Source: a bacterium
GTDB lineage: Bacteria; Patescibacteriota; Minisyncoccia; Phycocordibacterales; JAUSHB01
Assembly (NCBI GenBank): GCA_030648955.1
Contig: JAUSHB010000010.1
Coordinates: forward strand, 13,556-77,555
DNA length: 64,000 nucleotides
Direction of reading: 5' to 3'
This document shows, piece by piece, positions 8,979-17,886 of the stretch. Under the pieces are notes generated by a model. The model worked only from the letters and a program-made list of their open reading frames with translations, did no database searches and had not been told where the DNA came from. The stretch's first letter is position 1; each line of letters begins with the position of its first letter. The position numbers and the translations under genes are program-made.

Positions 8979-9001
8979 GGTAATTAAGCACGTTAAATCG
9001 T

Positions 9002-9670
9002 CTAATCAATATCGAGTAGCGCTTGTTCGGTTTTTTGATATAGTGCAGTTAATTGTTTTTTGTTGTACATATGGGGGTATTTTGTATTAACGATTTTCAC
9101 GTTTTTTGCCAAAATATCATTTTTGAATAATTCCACCCATACTGCCTTATCATCACCTTTGGAAAAATAAATAAATAATTTATATCCTCGTATATTTTTT
9201 ACCATTTTTCTGATATCCAATTTAGCGAGGTCTCGCGCTAGGGTTTTACTGATATGAAATTTATTTAATTTATATAAATATTTTCCGGCGCTTTTGAGTG
9301 TCCTGTGCCCGTCTTTTGGTATCCATGGCGATGGCGACCAAAAGACAATTTTTTCGATACTTTTAGGGAGTCTTGATAGCATGAGAATGCTCGACCCAAA
9401 ACTATGGCCGATTATATACACGTGCTTATATTGTTTTCTGCGTGCATAATGCGCAAGAAAATGATTAACTCTTTCTATAATTCTCTTTATGTCTTGATGC
9501 AACTTCGTTTTGCCATCATAAAGCGTCAACGAAACAATGTCGCATTTATACTTAATTCTACTTAAGGGGGTAATAATTTCACTCAACGCATTCGTCATCA
9601 ACCCGGGCAAGATAATAATCAGTCGTTGATTATTGTTTGTAGTTTTCAAATAATATTCCTGATTTTTCAT
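9002..9670 (-). CDS. Alpha/beta hydrolase
   Basis: IILPG and GHSFG nucleophile elbow; C-terminal His. Confidence 0.75.
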   Translation of the reverse strand: MKNQEYYLKTTNNNQRLIIILPGLMTNALSEIITPLSRIKYKCDIVSLTLYDGKTKLHQDIKRIIERVNHFLAHYARRKQYKHVYIIGHSFGSSILMLSRLPKSIEKIVFWSPSPWIPKDGHRTLKSAGKYLYKLNKFHISKTLARDLAKLDIRKMVKNIRGYKLFIYFSKGDDKAVWVELFKNDILAKNVKIVNTKYPHMYNKKQLTALYQKTEQALLDID

Positions 9671-9698
9671 TAATTCTATTTACTTAAAAATATCAAAA

Positions 9699-9729
9699 AT
9701 TAAGGGCTGTAATTATTACAGCCCTTAAT
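9699..9729 (-). terminator. Intrinsic terminator
   Basis: attaagggctgtaat-t-attacagcccttaat. Confidence 0.8.
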
Positions 9730-9737
9730 CAGAAGGT

Positions 9738-9992
9738 TCACTTTAGATTGAAATCGCCGTTTTTTACTCCCTTGATGAAAAGATCCCATTCCTTGGGAGA
9801 AAAAAGTGCTGTGATCTTTTGGGAATCGTTTGTATTACGCACCACGATAACATCATGCCGCTGTGCGACACCAACACAGGTTTTAATCCCCCAACAGATA
9901 ACGGTACCCTGGGGAGCAACGAAATCTGAATCCTTCAGGCCTTTTGCTGCACGCTGTAATTTGTCCATGAAACGATCACGAGTTTTCGCCAT
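9738..9992 (-). CDS. DUF397 family protein
   Basis: CVGVA...IVVRNTND...FSPKEWDLFIKGVKNGDF; AAGGAG SD. Confidence 0.85.
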   Translation of the reverse strand: MAKTRDRFMDKLQRAAKGLKDSDFVAPQGTVICWGIKTCVGVAQRHDVIVVRNTNDSQKITALFSPKEWDLFIKGVKNGDFNLK

Positions 9993-10017
9993 AATGAATC
10001 TCCTTAAATTTTCAAGA

Positions 10018-10083
10018 TCAAATGCTACTAACGACCGTTAATAGCTCTGTTGTTAGAATACATCACCGTTTTAATTCGGTCAA
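10018..10083 (-). promoter_or_regulatory. Promoter + conserved leader (shared with 13465..13531)
   Basis: TTGACC-N17-TATTCT, then ACAGAGCTATTAACnnTCGTTAGT. Confidence 0.7.
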
Positions 10084-10191
10084 GCAAAATTGCAAATTAC
10101 GAAACTAGAGGGAGATTTTGATCTCCATGAACGATAGCGGATAAAAAGATCCGCAATACTAGAAACTGCAAGCAAAATATGTTGCATGTAC

Positions 10192-10234
10192 ACCCTAAAA
10201 ATACCAAAAATCCACTCGTTTTTCAACCCCGTGG
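10192..10234 (-). repeat. Cassette-boundary repeat copy 5 (most diverged)
   Basis: accctaaaaataccaaaaatccactcgtttttcaaccccgtgg. Confidence 0.8.
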
Positions 10235-10259
10235 TAGTCCACACTGGGCAGATTATTAC

Positions 10260-10514
10260 TTACGCATACAACGTATGAGAACCGACATCCATAAAATATA
10301 CTTTTTTCTTGTGTAGTTTTATAATAATTCGATAAGCAAAATTCACAGAAAAAGCATGGTATTTTTTTAATTTTCCGTGCAATTTATGGAGTTTTATTTC
10401 CCCCTCGTTCTTTTTATTTTTAAACAACGCAACAGTGCGATAACAATCATCTTGGACCGCGGGAGATAATTTTCGAAAGGAACGCAAGAATCTGGCGGTA
10501 TAAAGATATTCCAT
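10260..10514 (-). CDS. RelE/ParE (YafQ-like) toxin
   Basis: F..SFRKL...LHKLHG...FSVNFAYRII...DVGSH..Y. Confidence 0.88.
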   Translation of the reverse strand: MEYLYTARFLRSFRKLSPAVQDDCYRTVALFKNKKNEGEIKLHKLHGKLKKYHAFSVNFAYRIIIKLHKKKVYFMDVGSHTLYA

Positions 10515-10516
10515 TA

Positions 10517-10738
10517 TTACTTACTTCGTCCCGCTAATTTTTTGAGATCGCCCTTATAGACACGTCCTGTTTTAATATCGTTTTCCGCCTCCTGTATCCG
10601 CAAAAGTATCCGTTCTTCGCGAAGACGCTCGAGAGCAAACCGCACGAGATGCGCCTTGCTCTCACTTGTTCCCTGTGCAAGCTCCTCCTCAATAAAATTC
10701 TCGAGGTCTTTATTGATGGGTATGGTAATGGTAGTCAT
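10517..10738 (-). CDS. RHH antitoxin
   Basis: TITIPI...SKAHLVRFAL; 2 nt upstream of the toxin. Confidence 0.8.
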   Translation of the reverse strand: MTTITIPINKDLENFIEEELAQGTSESKAHLVRFALERLREERILLRIQEAENDIKTGRVYKGDLKKLAGRSK

Positions 10739-10798
10739 ATACTATATCTTAGTACTATATTATAGTAATTGCAAGTCAATAAAAGTGGTTCTCTGGAG

Positions 10799-10839
10799 AT
10801 ACCAAAAATCCCCAGATTTTTCAATGCTTCCGCGGGATA
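10799..10839 (-). repeat. Cassette-boundary repeat copy 6
   Basis: ataccaaaaatccccagatttttcaatgcttccgcgggata. Confidence 0.88.
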
Positions 10840-10881
10840 CCGCCTATCAAGTTTCCCACAGGTGTGGTATTTTACTCTGTA

Positions 10882-12492
10882 ATGGCCAAAGTAATACTCT
10901 CGGCAAAAGATACATCGTTTGAGCTCCAACATAAAACTCTTTTTAAAGAGCTTAATCTGACGATAAAAGAGGGCGATCGGATCGGATTGGTTGGGAAAAA
11001 CGGCAGTGGAAAAAGCACGCTTTTAAAATTGCTTGCGGGACAAATCGAAACAACAAGAGGCGTGATAGAAAACAAGGGTTCCTCGTACTATCTCCCCCAG
11101 TTAGACTTCTCGCTTTTTGGAAGCACCGACAAAATAGAAGAATATGTTTTTCGCCAAGGAGTAAATTGGTCCGCCCTTAATGCAAAGCTTCGCAAATGGT
11201 TTAAAGAAAACGAAATCAAGCCTGACCAAAAACTTCAAACACTCAGCGGAGGTGAGTTGATGAAACTCAATCTCGCGATCGCCGAAGCACACAATCCCAA
11301 TCTCTTGCTCCTTGATGAGCCAACAAACCACCTCGATGCAGAAGGTATTGATATTTTAAAGAAATTTCTCACAACATTCCCGGGGGCATTCATTATTGTT
11401 TCTCACGATCCATTCTTTCTTAATCTTGTGGTAAATCATATTTGGGAACTTGAGGAAGGAGCTGTCGCCGAGTATGGAGGGAATTATACACATTATGCCG
11501 ACCAGAAGCAGTTTAAGAAAGATGCGCGAGAACGGGATTATACGGCAACCAAGAAAAAATTAAAGAAGGTCAAAAAATCCATTGAAGCAGAACAAAAACG
11601 CGCAGACCGCTCAAAGCGCGTGGGAAGAAAAGAAGTGTTCGCAAACAACATGCCGCCGGTACTGAAAGGATTTTACGCAAACCAAGCATCCGGTACCGCG
11701 GGCAAGCAGGGAAAAAAACTAAGAAAAATCATGGCGCAACGAGATGAGAAAGCCAGTACATTAAAAAAGGAGAAACAACGTCCGCTGCGGTTTGTGATCG
11801 ACCACGACACTTCCGGCGCGCGAAAAACGTTAATTGCCATTAATGACGGAGTGCTTGGGGTTGCAGAAAAAACTCTTATCGAAAATATCGACCTTCGCAT
11901 TGTTTATGGCGACCGCCTTGTGTTAGTCGGCAAAAATGGCAGTGGAAAAAGTACGCTTGCAAAATCTATTGCAGGAGAAGATGCTGTGGTGGAACTCGGA
12001 GGGTACGTCAAACGCTCCCCCGACGCAGGTGTGGTGTATGTGGACCAGAAATACCAAATCATCGCCCCCAACCTTACGCTTATCGAGAATGTGGAAAAAT
12101 ATAATCCGAAACTTACTCATGAAGAAGTGCGGAGACAACTTGGTCGTTTTCTTTTCTATAAAGAAGAAGACGCGCGCAAGAAGGCGGGAGTCTTGAGTGG
12201 AGGCGAGGCGGCACGTCTTGTGTTTGCGATGGTCACGGCGGGATCAGTCGATCTTCTGGTGCTTGATGAACCAACCAACAACCTTGATATTGAAACACTT
12301 GATATTATCGCGGATGCTTTGAAAGATTTCGCGGGCGCATTGGTGATAATCTCTCACAACATACATTTTCTTAAACGTATCGGTATAGACACCGCGCTTA
12401 TCATCGACAAAAAGAAACTCAAAACCATGCGCTCGTCCCCCGCCGAACCAGAAGCGTTTTATAACGAGATGGTTAGTAGCATGAGTTCGTAA
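10882..12492 (+). CDS. ABC-F family ATPase (ribosome-associated, possibly ribosomal protection type)
   Basis: Two GKNGSGKST / LSGGE / LDEPTN cassettes, long linker, no TM domain. Confidence 0.92.
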   Translation: MAKVILSAKDTSFELQHKTLFKELNLTIKEGDRIGLVGKNGSGKSTLLKLLAGQIETTRGVIENKGSSYYLPQLDFSLFGSTDKIEEYVFRQGVNWSALNAKLRKWFKENEIKPDQKLQTLSGGELMKLNLAIAEAHNPNLLLLDEPTNHLDAEGIDILKKFLTTFPGAFIIVSHDPFFLNLVVNHIWELEEGAVAEYGGNYTHYADQKQFKKDARERDYTATKKKLKKVKKSIEAEQKRADRSKRVGRKEVFANNMPPVLKGFYANQASGTAGKQGKKLRKIMAQRDEKASTLKKEKQRPLRFVIDHDTSGARKTLIAINDGVLGVAEKTLIENIDLRIVYGDRLVLVGKNGSGKSTLAKSIAGEDAVVELGGYVKRSPDAGVVYVDQKYQIIAPNLTLIENVEKYNPKLTHEEVRRQLGRFLFYKEEDARKKAGVLSGGEAARLVFAMVTAGSVDLLVLDEPTNNLDIETLDIIADALKDFAGALVIISHNIHFLKRIGIDTALIIDKKKLKTMRSSPAEPEAFYNEMVSSMSS

Positions 12493-12512
12493 AAACATAT
12501 AATATTAAATGT

Positions 12513-13031
12513 ATGTCACCCAAGTTAGTAAAACCAAATACAACGTACCAAAAAAGCTATACTGAAGCTCTTTGTGAATTTCTTACTGAGTCTCAATCTC
12601 CAGAACATATTGAATCAGAAATTAGAAATGTACTAGATTCTATAAACCACAAAAATGATGCTGCGCAAGGAAAAAATTTAGTTAGTGGTGAAGTGACTCG
12701 AAGTGAATTTTGGCTCATTGATAAAGAAAAATACATCGGAATGATACAGATTAGACATAAACCAAGTGGTCGAATTCCTGAAGCAGCGAGCCATATTTAT
12801 TATGAAATACGTCCATTAGAGCGTGGAAAAGGTTATGGTGTTGAGATTCTTCGACAAGGACTTATTGAGGCAAAAGGGCTCGGGTTGCAAGAGATAATTA
12901 TTACCTGTGATAAGAATAATATTCCGTCTCAAAAAATTATTCAAACAAGCGGTGGTCAATTTATCGCGGAGATACCTATGCCTAACAAAGAAATCCCCCT
13001 TCTTAAATATAAAATTTCTTTGAGTGAATGA
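12513..13031 (+). CDS. GNAT family acetyltransferase
   Basis: HIYYEIRPLERGKGYG and ITCDKNNIPSQKII. Confidence 0.88.
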   Translation: MSPKLVKPNTTYQKSYTEALCEFLTESQSPEHIESEIRNVLDSINHKNDAAQGKNLVSGEVTRSEFWLIDKEKYIGMIQIRHKPSGRIPEAASHIYYEIRPLERGKGYGVEILRQGLIEAKGLGLQEIIITCDKNNIPSQKIIQTSGGQFIAEIPMPNKEIPLLKYKISLSE

Positions 13032-13040
13032 GGAGGAGAA

Positions 13041-13070
13041 AACCGCCCCGAAAATAAATTCGGGGCGGTT
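13041..13070. terminator. Bidirectional terminator
   Basis: aaccgccccgaa...ttcggggcggtt between convergent genes. Confidence 0.85.
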
Positions 13071-13091
13071 AAAAGGGACTATCGAATGTAG

Positions 13092-13445
13092 TTAGCCACG
13101 AGAATGGTGTTCGTGACCATTAGGGGCTTGAATGCAAATACAAGCCATTTGGGGTTTCCCCGTATCGAGCCGCCAGCTTGTGATTCTGGCATGCGTAGCT
13201 TCGATTTCCGCAACCTTAACTGGCCGCATACGCAGTGTACGGTCGTCTGGGTTATTGGTTTCAAGCATCACTTCATCATCACCAACAGAAAAATGCTGGT
13301 GGAGCAAGTTCACCCCGAAACGGTCAAGGCACCTGTGCTTCTTCAGTACTTCCGCAACATCCGCAAGACATTTCTCGTCACTTACAGAGAAGAGAGGAAC
13401 CTGACTAAGGTCAGGGAGTGGATTGGTTTGTGAAATGTTCTGCAT
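13092..13445 (-). CDS. Hypothetical protein (RFGVNLLHQHF motif, Cys/His-rich tail)
   Basis: AGGAGG SD, own promoter and terminator. Confidence 0.75.
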   Translation of the reverse strand: MQNISQTNPLPDLSQVPLFSVSDEKCLADVAEVLKKHRCLDRFGVNLLHQHFSVGDDEVMLETNNPDDRTLRMRPVKVAEIEATHARITSWRLDTGKPQMACICIQAPNGHEHHSRG

Positions 13446-13464
13446 TTAAGTACCCTCCTGGGGT

Positions 13465-13531
13465 TCAAATGGCCACTAACGAATGTTAATAGCTCTGTAA
13501 GGCAGAATACATTCTAGATAAAATATGTCAA
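13465..13531 (-). promoter_or_regulatory. Promoter + conserved leader (shared with 10018..10083)
   Basis: TTGACA-N16-TATTCT, then ACAGAGCTATTAACnnTCGTTAGT. Confidence 0.7.
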
Positions 13532-13593
13532 TAGTGGCAAGTGGTAATAAATTCTTAGTATTTTGAAGGCTTTGTGGAAATAGAAAAAATAAT

Positions 13594-15391
13594 CTACCGT
13601 AACCCAATATGAAGCTCATAAATGTGGCGATAGGAACCATTAGGAATTTTCATAAGTTCATCGTGACTGCCTTGCTCGATAATATTACCACCGGCCAACA
13701 CTAAAATTCTGTTTGCCTTGCGTACCGTACTTAAGCGGTGAGCAATAATAAATGTGGTACGTCCTTTCATTAACCGCTCAAGAGATTCAGTAATACTCCT
13801 TTCGGTCTTGGGATCAAGCGCGCTTGTCGGCTCATCGAGAATAAGAATTTTGGGATTGCGTAAAATGGCGCGAGCGATCGCAATACGCTGCTTTTGTCCT
13901 ACAGAGAGCTTCACCCCCCGCTCACCTACCAACTGTTCGTACTTCTTCCGAAAACCTTCAATGAACTCGCTCGCATATGCTTCTTTAGCGGCACTATAAA
14001 TCTCCTCATCAGATGCGCCTTGATTCCCATGACGAATATTCATTTTTATTGTGTCATTGAAGAGCACTACTTCCTGTGGCACCACGGCAATATACTTTCG
14101 CAAAAATTCCAAATCAAGATCACTGGTTTTATGCCCATCAACCAACACATTGCCACTTTTAGGAAAATAATAACCGGAAATAAGGTCGACGAGCGTGCTT
14201 TTACCCGCACCGGATTCTCCAACGAGTGCAACTACTTCCCCCGCAGTTACAGAAAAATTCACATTTTTGAGCACAGAATCCCCGCGTTTATAGGAAAATA
14301 CAACATTCGAAAACTCGATATTCCCCTGCAGTGGAGATAAGTTCTTCTTTTTTCCAAACCGATATCGCTCTATAGGCACCGCGAGTATTTTTTCCGCACG
14401 TTCAATCGCAATAATGCCGTTTTGGATGATCTGCCAATTGTGTCCCAGTGTTACAAATGTGTCCCAGTGTTACAAATGGACCAAAGACCATAGCCGCATA
14501 TCCATTGAGCGCGATGAGTCCTCCAATCGTAAGTTCCCCTGCTTGAATAAAATGTACCGACAAAATAAAAATAGTAAGCTGTGTCGCCGCAATCACCATA
14601 CGCTGATAAAATCCAATGCCACTCCAAATTTTCTCGACCTTATACCAAAATGTTGCCGCTTTGTTGATAAATTTTCTCCTTACTTTTTCTGATTCATATT
14701 CTTCCCCTGTTGATTGCTTGATCGTTTGCGTATTGGCAAATGCGTCATATGCATCCCCATATGCTTCATTCCACGCCTTGTTCCCCTTTCGTTGATATTT
14801 CACAATCGGAGGAACAATGATTGCAAGAAGTATCACATAGACTATGATTCCAACAACAATAACAGAAGCGAGAAGTGGATGAATTAAAAAAGCAATAGTA
14901 ACGCCGACTGCGACACTAAGAAATTGCGGGGCGAGATTGATCACTACCTGTTCAATAATATTCGAGAGCGCATTCCCTGCTCTCATAAAACGATCCCAAA
15001 TAATTCCCGTTTTATATTCCTTATGAAACGAGAGCGGGAGTCTTAAAAGGTGGGCGGTTGCACGTGCGGGATATTCCGCATGGATAAATGTTCCTATCCG
15101 TCGACGTTCCTTATCGTTGATCCAATCAGAAATATTTGCGACCAGTTGTACAATTACCCAAAATGCAATAAATCCCGTCCACTGGGGCATAACAACAGGA
15201 TAGTTAAACATAAGTGATGGATTGAGTAAGGAATCTAAAAACTTTCCAACAATAAAAGGCACTGATGCATTTGCAAACGCAGAAAATACCCCCAAAAGAG
15301 AAAGAAAGGTAATTTCTTTTTTATATTCCCCGAGATACTGGAAAAGTATTTTCCAGCCTTCTGTAAGATTAAGTGTTGCTTTTTTCTGCAT
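13594..15391 (-). pseudogene. MsbA/MdlB-like ABC exporter (TMD+NBD), frameshifted by a 19-bp tandem duplication at 14441..14478
   Basis: Removing one tgtcccagtgttacaaatg copy gives continuous ...GPFVTLGHNWQIIQNGIIAIERAEKILAVPIER... Confidence 0.9.
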
Positions 15392-15467
15392 ATCCCTCTA
15401 TTTATAGCATTTCAAGGAACTTGCCACCAATCAAAAGTAATAAAAGGTGGGGAGCATGAATCCTCTA

Positions 15468-16196
15468 TTATCGTGCAACAGGTACTTTGTTAAAATTCGA
15501 GATACGTACATGTTCGCGAGCGGATGAATTGTGTAATTTTGCAACTTGCAACATTATTAATTGTGCCGCGTGTTTATAGTCCTCAATGGTTACTGTTGCA
15601 ACATCAGGAAAAATATCTTTGGGATACAGTGGTTTCCCATATTTAATACTGATTTTCCTTCTGCGCAACACAAAATCAATAGGACTCATTTTGAAATGAC
15701 CGTTCATTGCGACGGGAACAATAGGCACTCCTGTTATATGAGAAAGAAATGCAACACCTCCTTTCCCATTTCCCACTTCCCCGTTCTCTGTTTTCCCTCC
15801 TTCGGGAAACATAAGAATGCTTTTGCCCGCATTAAGGATATTGATGTGTTCTTGAAGCGAGAGTGTGTAATCTTTCTTTCCTGTATGTGCAGGATACGCT
15901 CCCCACAATTTAAACCAAAATCCACCATAAATATATTTACTGAAACCGTCTTTTTCGTAAAATTCCCGCTCGCGAGCAACATAAAATATCGGCGTTATGG
16001 GAGAGAAGGGATTAAGACTCGCAGGCACCAAAATGGGATCAAGCTCACTTCCGTGATTAGCCGCAAAAATTACTCCGTGGGAAAGCCCCTTAAGATTTTC
16101 CTTCCCAAAAACTTTGAAGCGTGCAAAAAAACCAAGCACTAGCCATGTCGGAATCCAAACGAGTGTCTGTAATATGAATGGTGAAAAATACCTCAT
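15468..16196 (-). CDS. Lysophospholipid acyltransferase (PlsC family)
   Basis: NHGSELD, FPEG and PIVPVA motifs. Confidence 0.9.
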   Translation of the reverse strand: MRYFSPFILQTLVWIPTWLVLGFFARFKVFGKENLKGLSHGVIFAANHGSELDPILVPASLNPFSPITPIFYVAREREFYEKDGFSKYIYGGFWFKLWGAYPAHTGKKDYTLSLQEHINILNAGKSILMFPEGGKTENGEVGNGKGGVAFLSHITGVPIVPVAMNGHFKMSPIDFVLRRRKISIKYGKPLYPKDIFPDVATVTIEDYKHAAQLIMLQVAKLHNSSAREHVRISNFNKVPVAR

Positions 16197-16201
16197 TGTT
16201 A

Positions 16202-16723
16202 TTATTTTCGTTCAATAAAAAACACTAGCCCCAAAGAACCTGCTATCCAAAAAAATAACGCCATAGGCGCTATGAATAACTTATCAATACTGGGAGAAAA
16301 ATTATATATAAGTACTTCCCCGTGAAGTAACTGATAATAATACGCAAGAATGAGCCCTGATGAGGCAAGTCCGAGGGATATAGATTGGAAAAACTTCATT
16401 GTCCCCGATGGATAGTCGCCGTGGATTATGCTTCTTAAAATCACATGTACTATTAAAAAAAATATGAAGAACGAAATGACATTGACCAAAAATGCGCTAT
16501 GGGGAAAAAGCGATGCGATAATTTTTTCCCGAAAAGAAAAAGCGACATACATCGAATGCGCGCCAATGAGTGCGATTAAAAATGAAATAGCGCTCCGCTT
16601 CCCCGCATAAAACGCAAACGCGGATAGTGAAACGATGATTACTAAAATGGCAATGGTATCGAGTGAAAAGCTCGCTAGGGGACTGAGGACATTTGCTAAT
16701 ATCTGCTTGCTTTCCATTGGCAT
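16202..16723 (-). CDS. Membrane protein (about 5 TM)
   Basis: Hydrophobic segments; tight operon spacing. Confidence 0.7.
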   Translation of the reverse strand: MPMESKQILANVLSPLASFSLDTIAILVIIVSLSAFAFYAGKRSAISFLIALIGAHSMYVAFSFREKIIASLFPHSAFLVNVISFFIFFLIVHVILRSIIHGDYPSGTMKFFQSISLGLASSGLILAYYYQLLHGEVLIYNFSPSIDKLFIAPMALFFWIAGSLGLVFFIERK

Positions 16724-16731
16724 AATCTTAA

Positions 16732-17808
16732 TTATATTCCCTCTTTTTTAAGATTTTCTATGATGCCTTCAACTCGCTTCGAGAGCTTGCCCGGCATTTT
16801 TATATTAAGTTTGACCAATAAGTCACCCCGACGCTTGTGGTCAATGGGCACTCCCCTTTCTCGGACACGTAAAATTTCTCCGAATGAAACTCCGGGAGGG
16901 ATTTTGAGAGATAGCGTACTCCCTTCAAGGGTGTTGATTGTATACTCTCCACCCAAAAGTGCGTCTGAAAGTTTAATACTAAGATCCATCACAATGTTGT
17001 TGCCCTCGCGCTTGAATACTGGATGCGATGTGACATGAATCTTGACATAGAGATCACCTGCCACTCCCCCTGAAACTGCTTCTCCCATCCCTGATAATCT
17101 AATCATTTCGCCAGCCGAAATTCCTGCTGGAATTTTTATGGTGATACTTTCTTCACGTTTTTCTACACCAACACCTTTGCAGGTAGGACATTTTTCTTCA
17201 GGAATCTGCCCTCGTCCATGGCAAGCGCTACAATCCACAACGCTCGTAAATACGCCGAAGAATGATTTACGCGTTTCATGAACTTTTCCTTGTCCATTAC
17301 ACGCAGAACATTTCTTCATCGAAGATCCCGGCTTGCCGCCTGACCCGTTGCACGTCTGACACGCAGAAACTTTATTGAGAAGAACGCTTCGCTCGGTACC
17401 CAAGATCGATTCAGTGAATGAAATCTGAAGGTCAATGGAAATATCTCTCCCCCTCTTTACCTTACTTCTTCCCCCCTTTGCACCACCAAAAAAATCACCG
17501 AAAATTTCATCAAGATCAACACCTTCAAATCCTTGCTGTCCCCCAAATCCAGAAAAATCGAAGCCGCCAAAACCTTGTCCGCCCTGTGGTCCACCCCCGG
17601 CAAACGTTTCCCCGTACGAATCATATTCCGCGCGCTTTCGGTCATCCGAGAGTATCTGATACGCTTCATTTACTTCTTTGAATTTTGACTCATCGCCCCC
17701 TCCTTTGTCGGGGTGAAATTTATGTGCAAGCTTCCTGAACGCCTTTTTAATCTCTTCTTTTGAGGCGCTTTTGGGAATCCCTAAAATTTGGTAATAGTCT
17801 TTTGCCAT
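16732..17808 (-). CDS. dnaJ: Chaperone DnaJ
   Basis: HPD J-domain, G/F-rich region, four CxxCxGxG repeats. Confidence 0.98.
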   Translation of the reverse strand: MAKDYYQILGIPKSASKEEIKKAFRKLAHKFHPDKGGGDESKFKEVNEAYQILSDDRKRAEYDSYGETFAGGGPQGGQGFGGFDFSGFGGQQGFEGVDLDEIFGDFFGGAKGGRSKVKRGRDISIDLQISFTESILGTERSVLLNKVSACQTCNGSGGKPGSSMKKCSACNGQGKVHETRKSFFGVFTSVVDCSACHGRGQIPEEKCPTCKGVGVEKREESITIKIPAGISAGEMIRLSGMGEAVSGGVAGDLYVKIHVTSHPVFKREGNNIVMDLSIKLSDALLGGEYTINTLEGSTLSLKIPPGVSFGEILRVRERGVPIDHKRRGDLLVKLNIKMPGKLSKRVEGIIENLKKEGI

Positions 17809-17886
17809 AAAATGTTGTTTATTGCCATATTATATCACAGCGGTTGTTTAAAAAAACAAACATGTGCTTGTTTTTTTAAATGAACG

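Noticed and set aside
4283-10839. Repeats as a CRISPR array or canonical attC sites
   Set aside because: Spacing is 0.6-2.4 kb with whole genes between copies; no cas or intI gene and no RYYYAAC/GTTRRRY ends.
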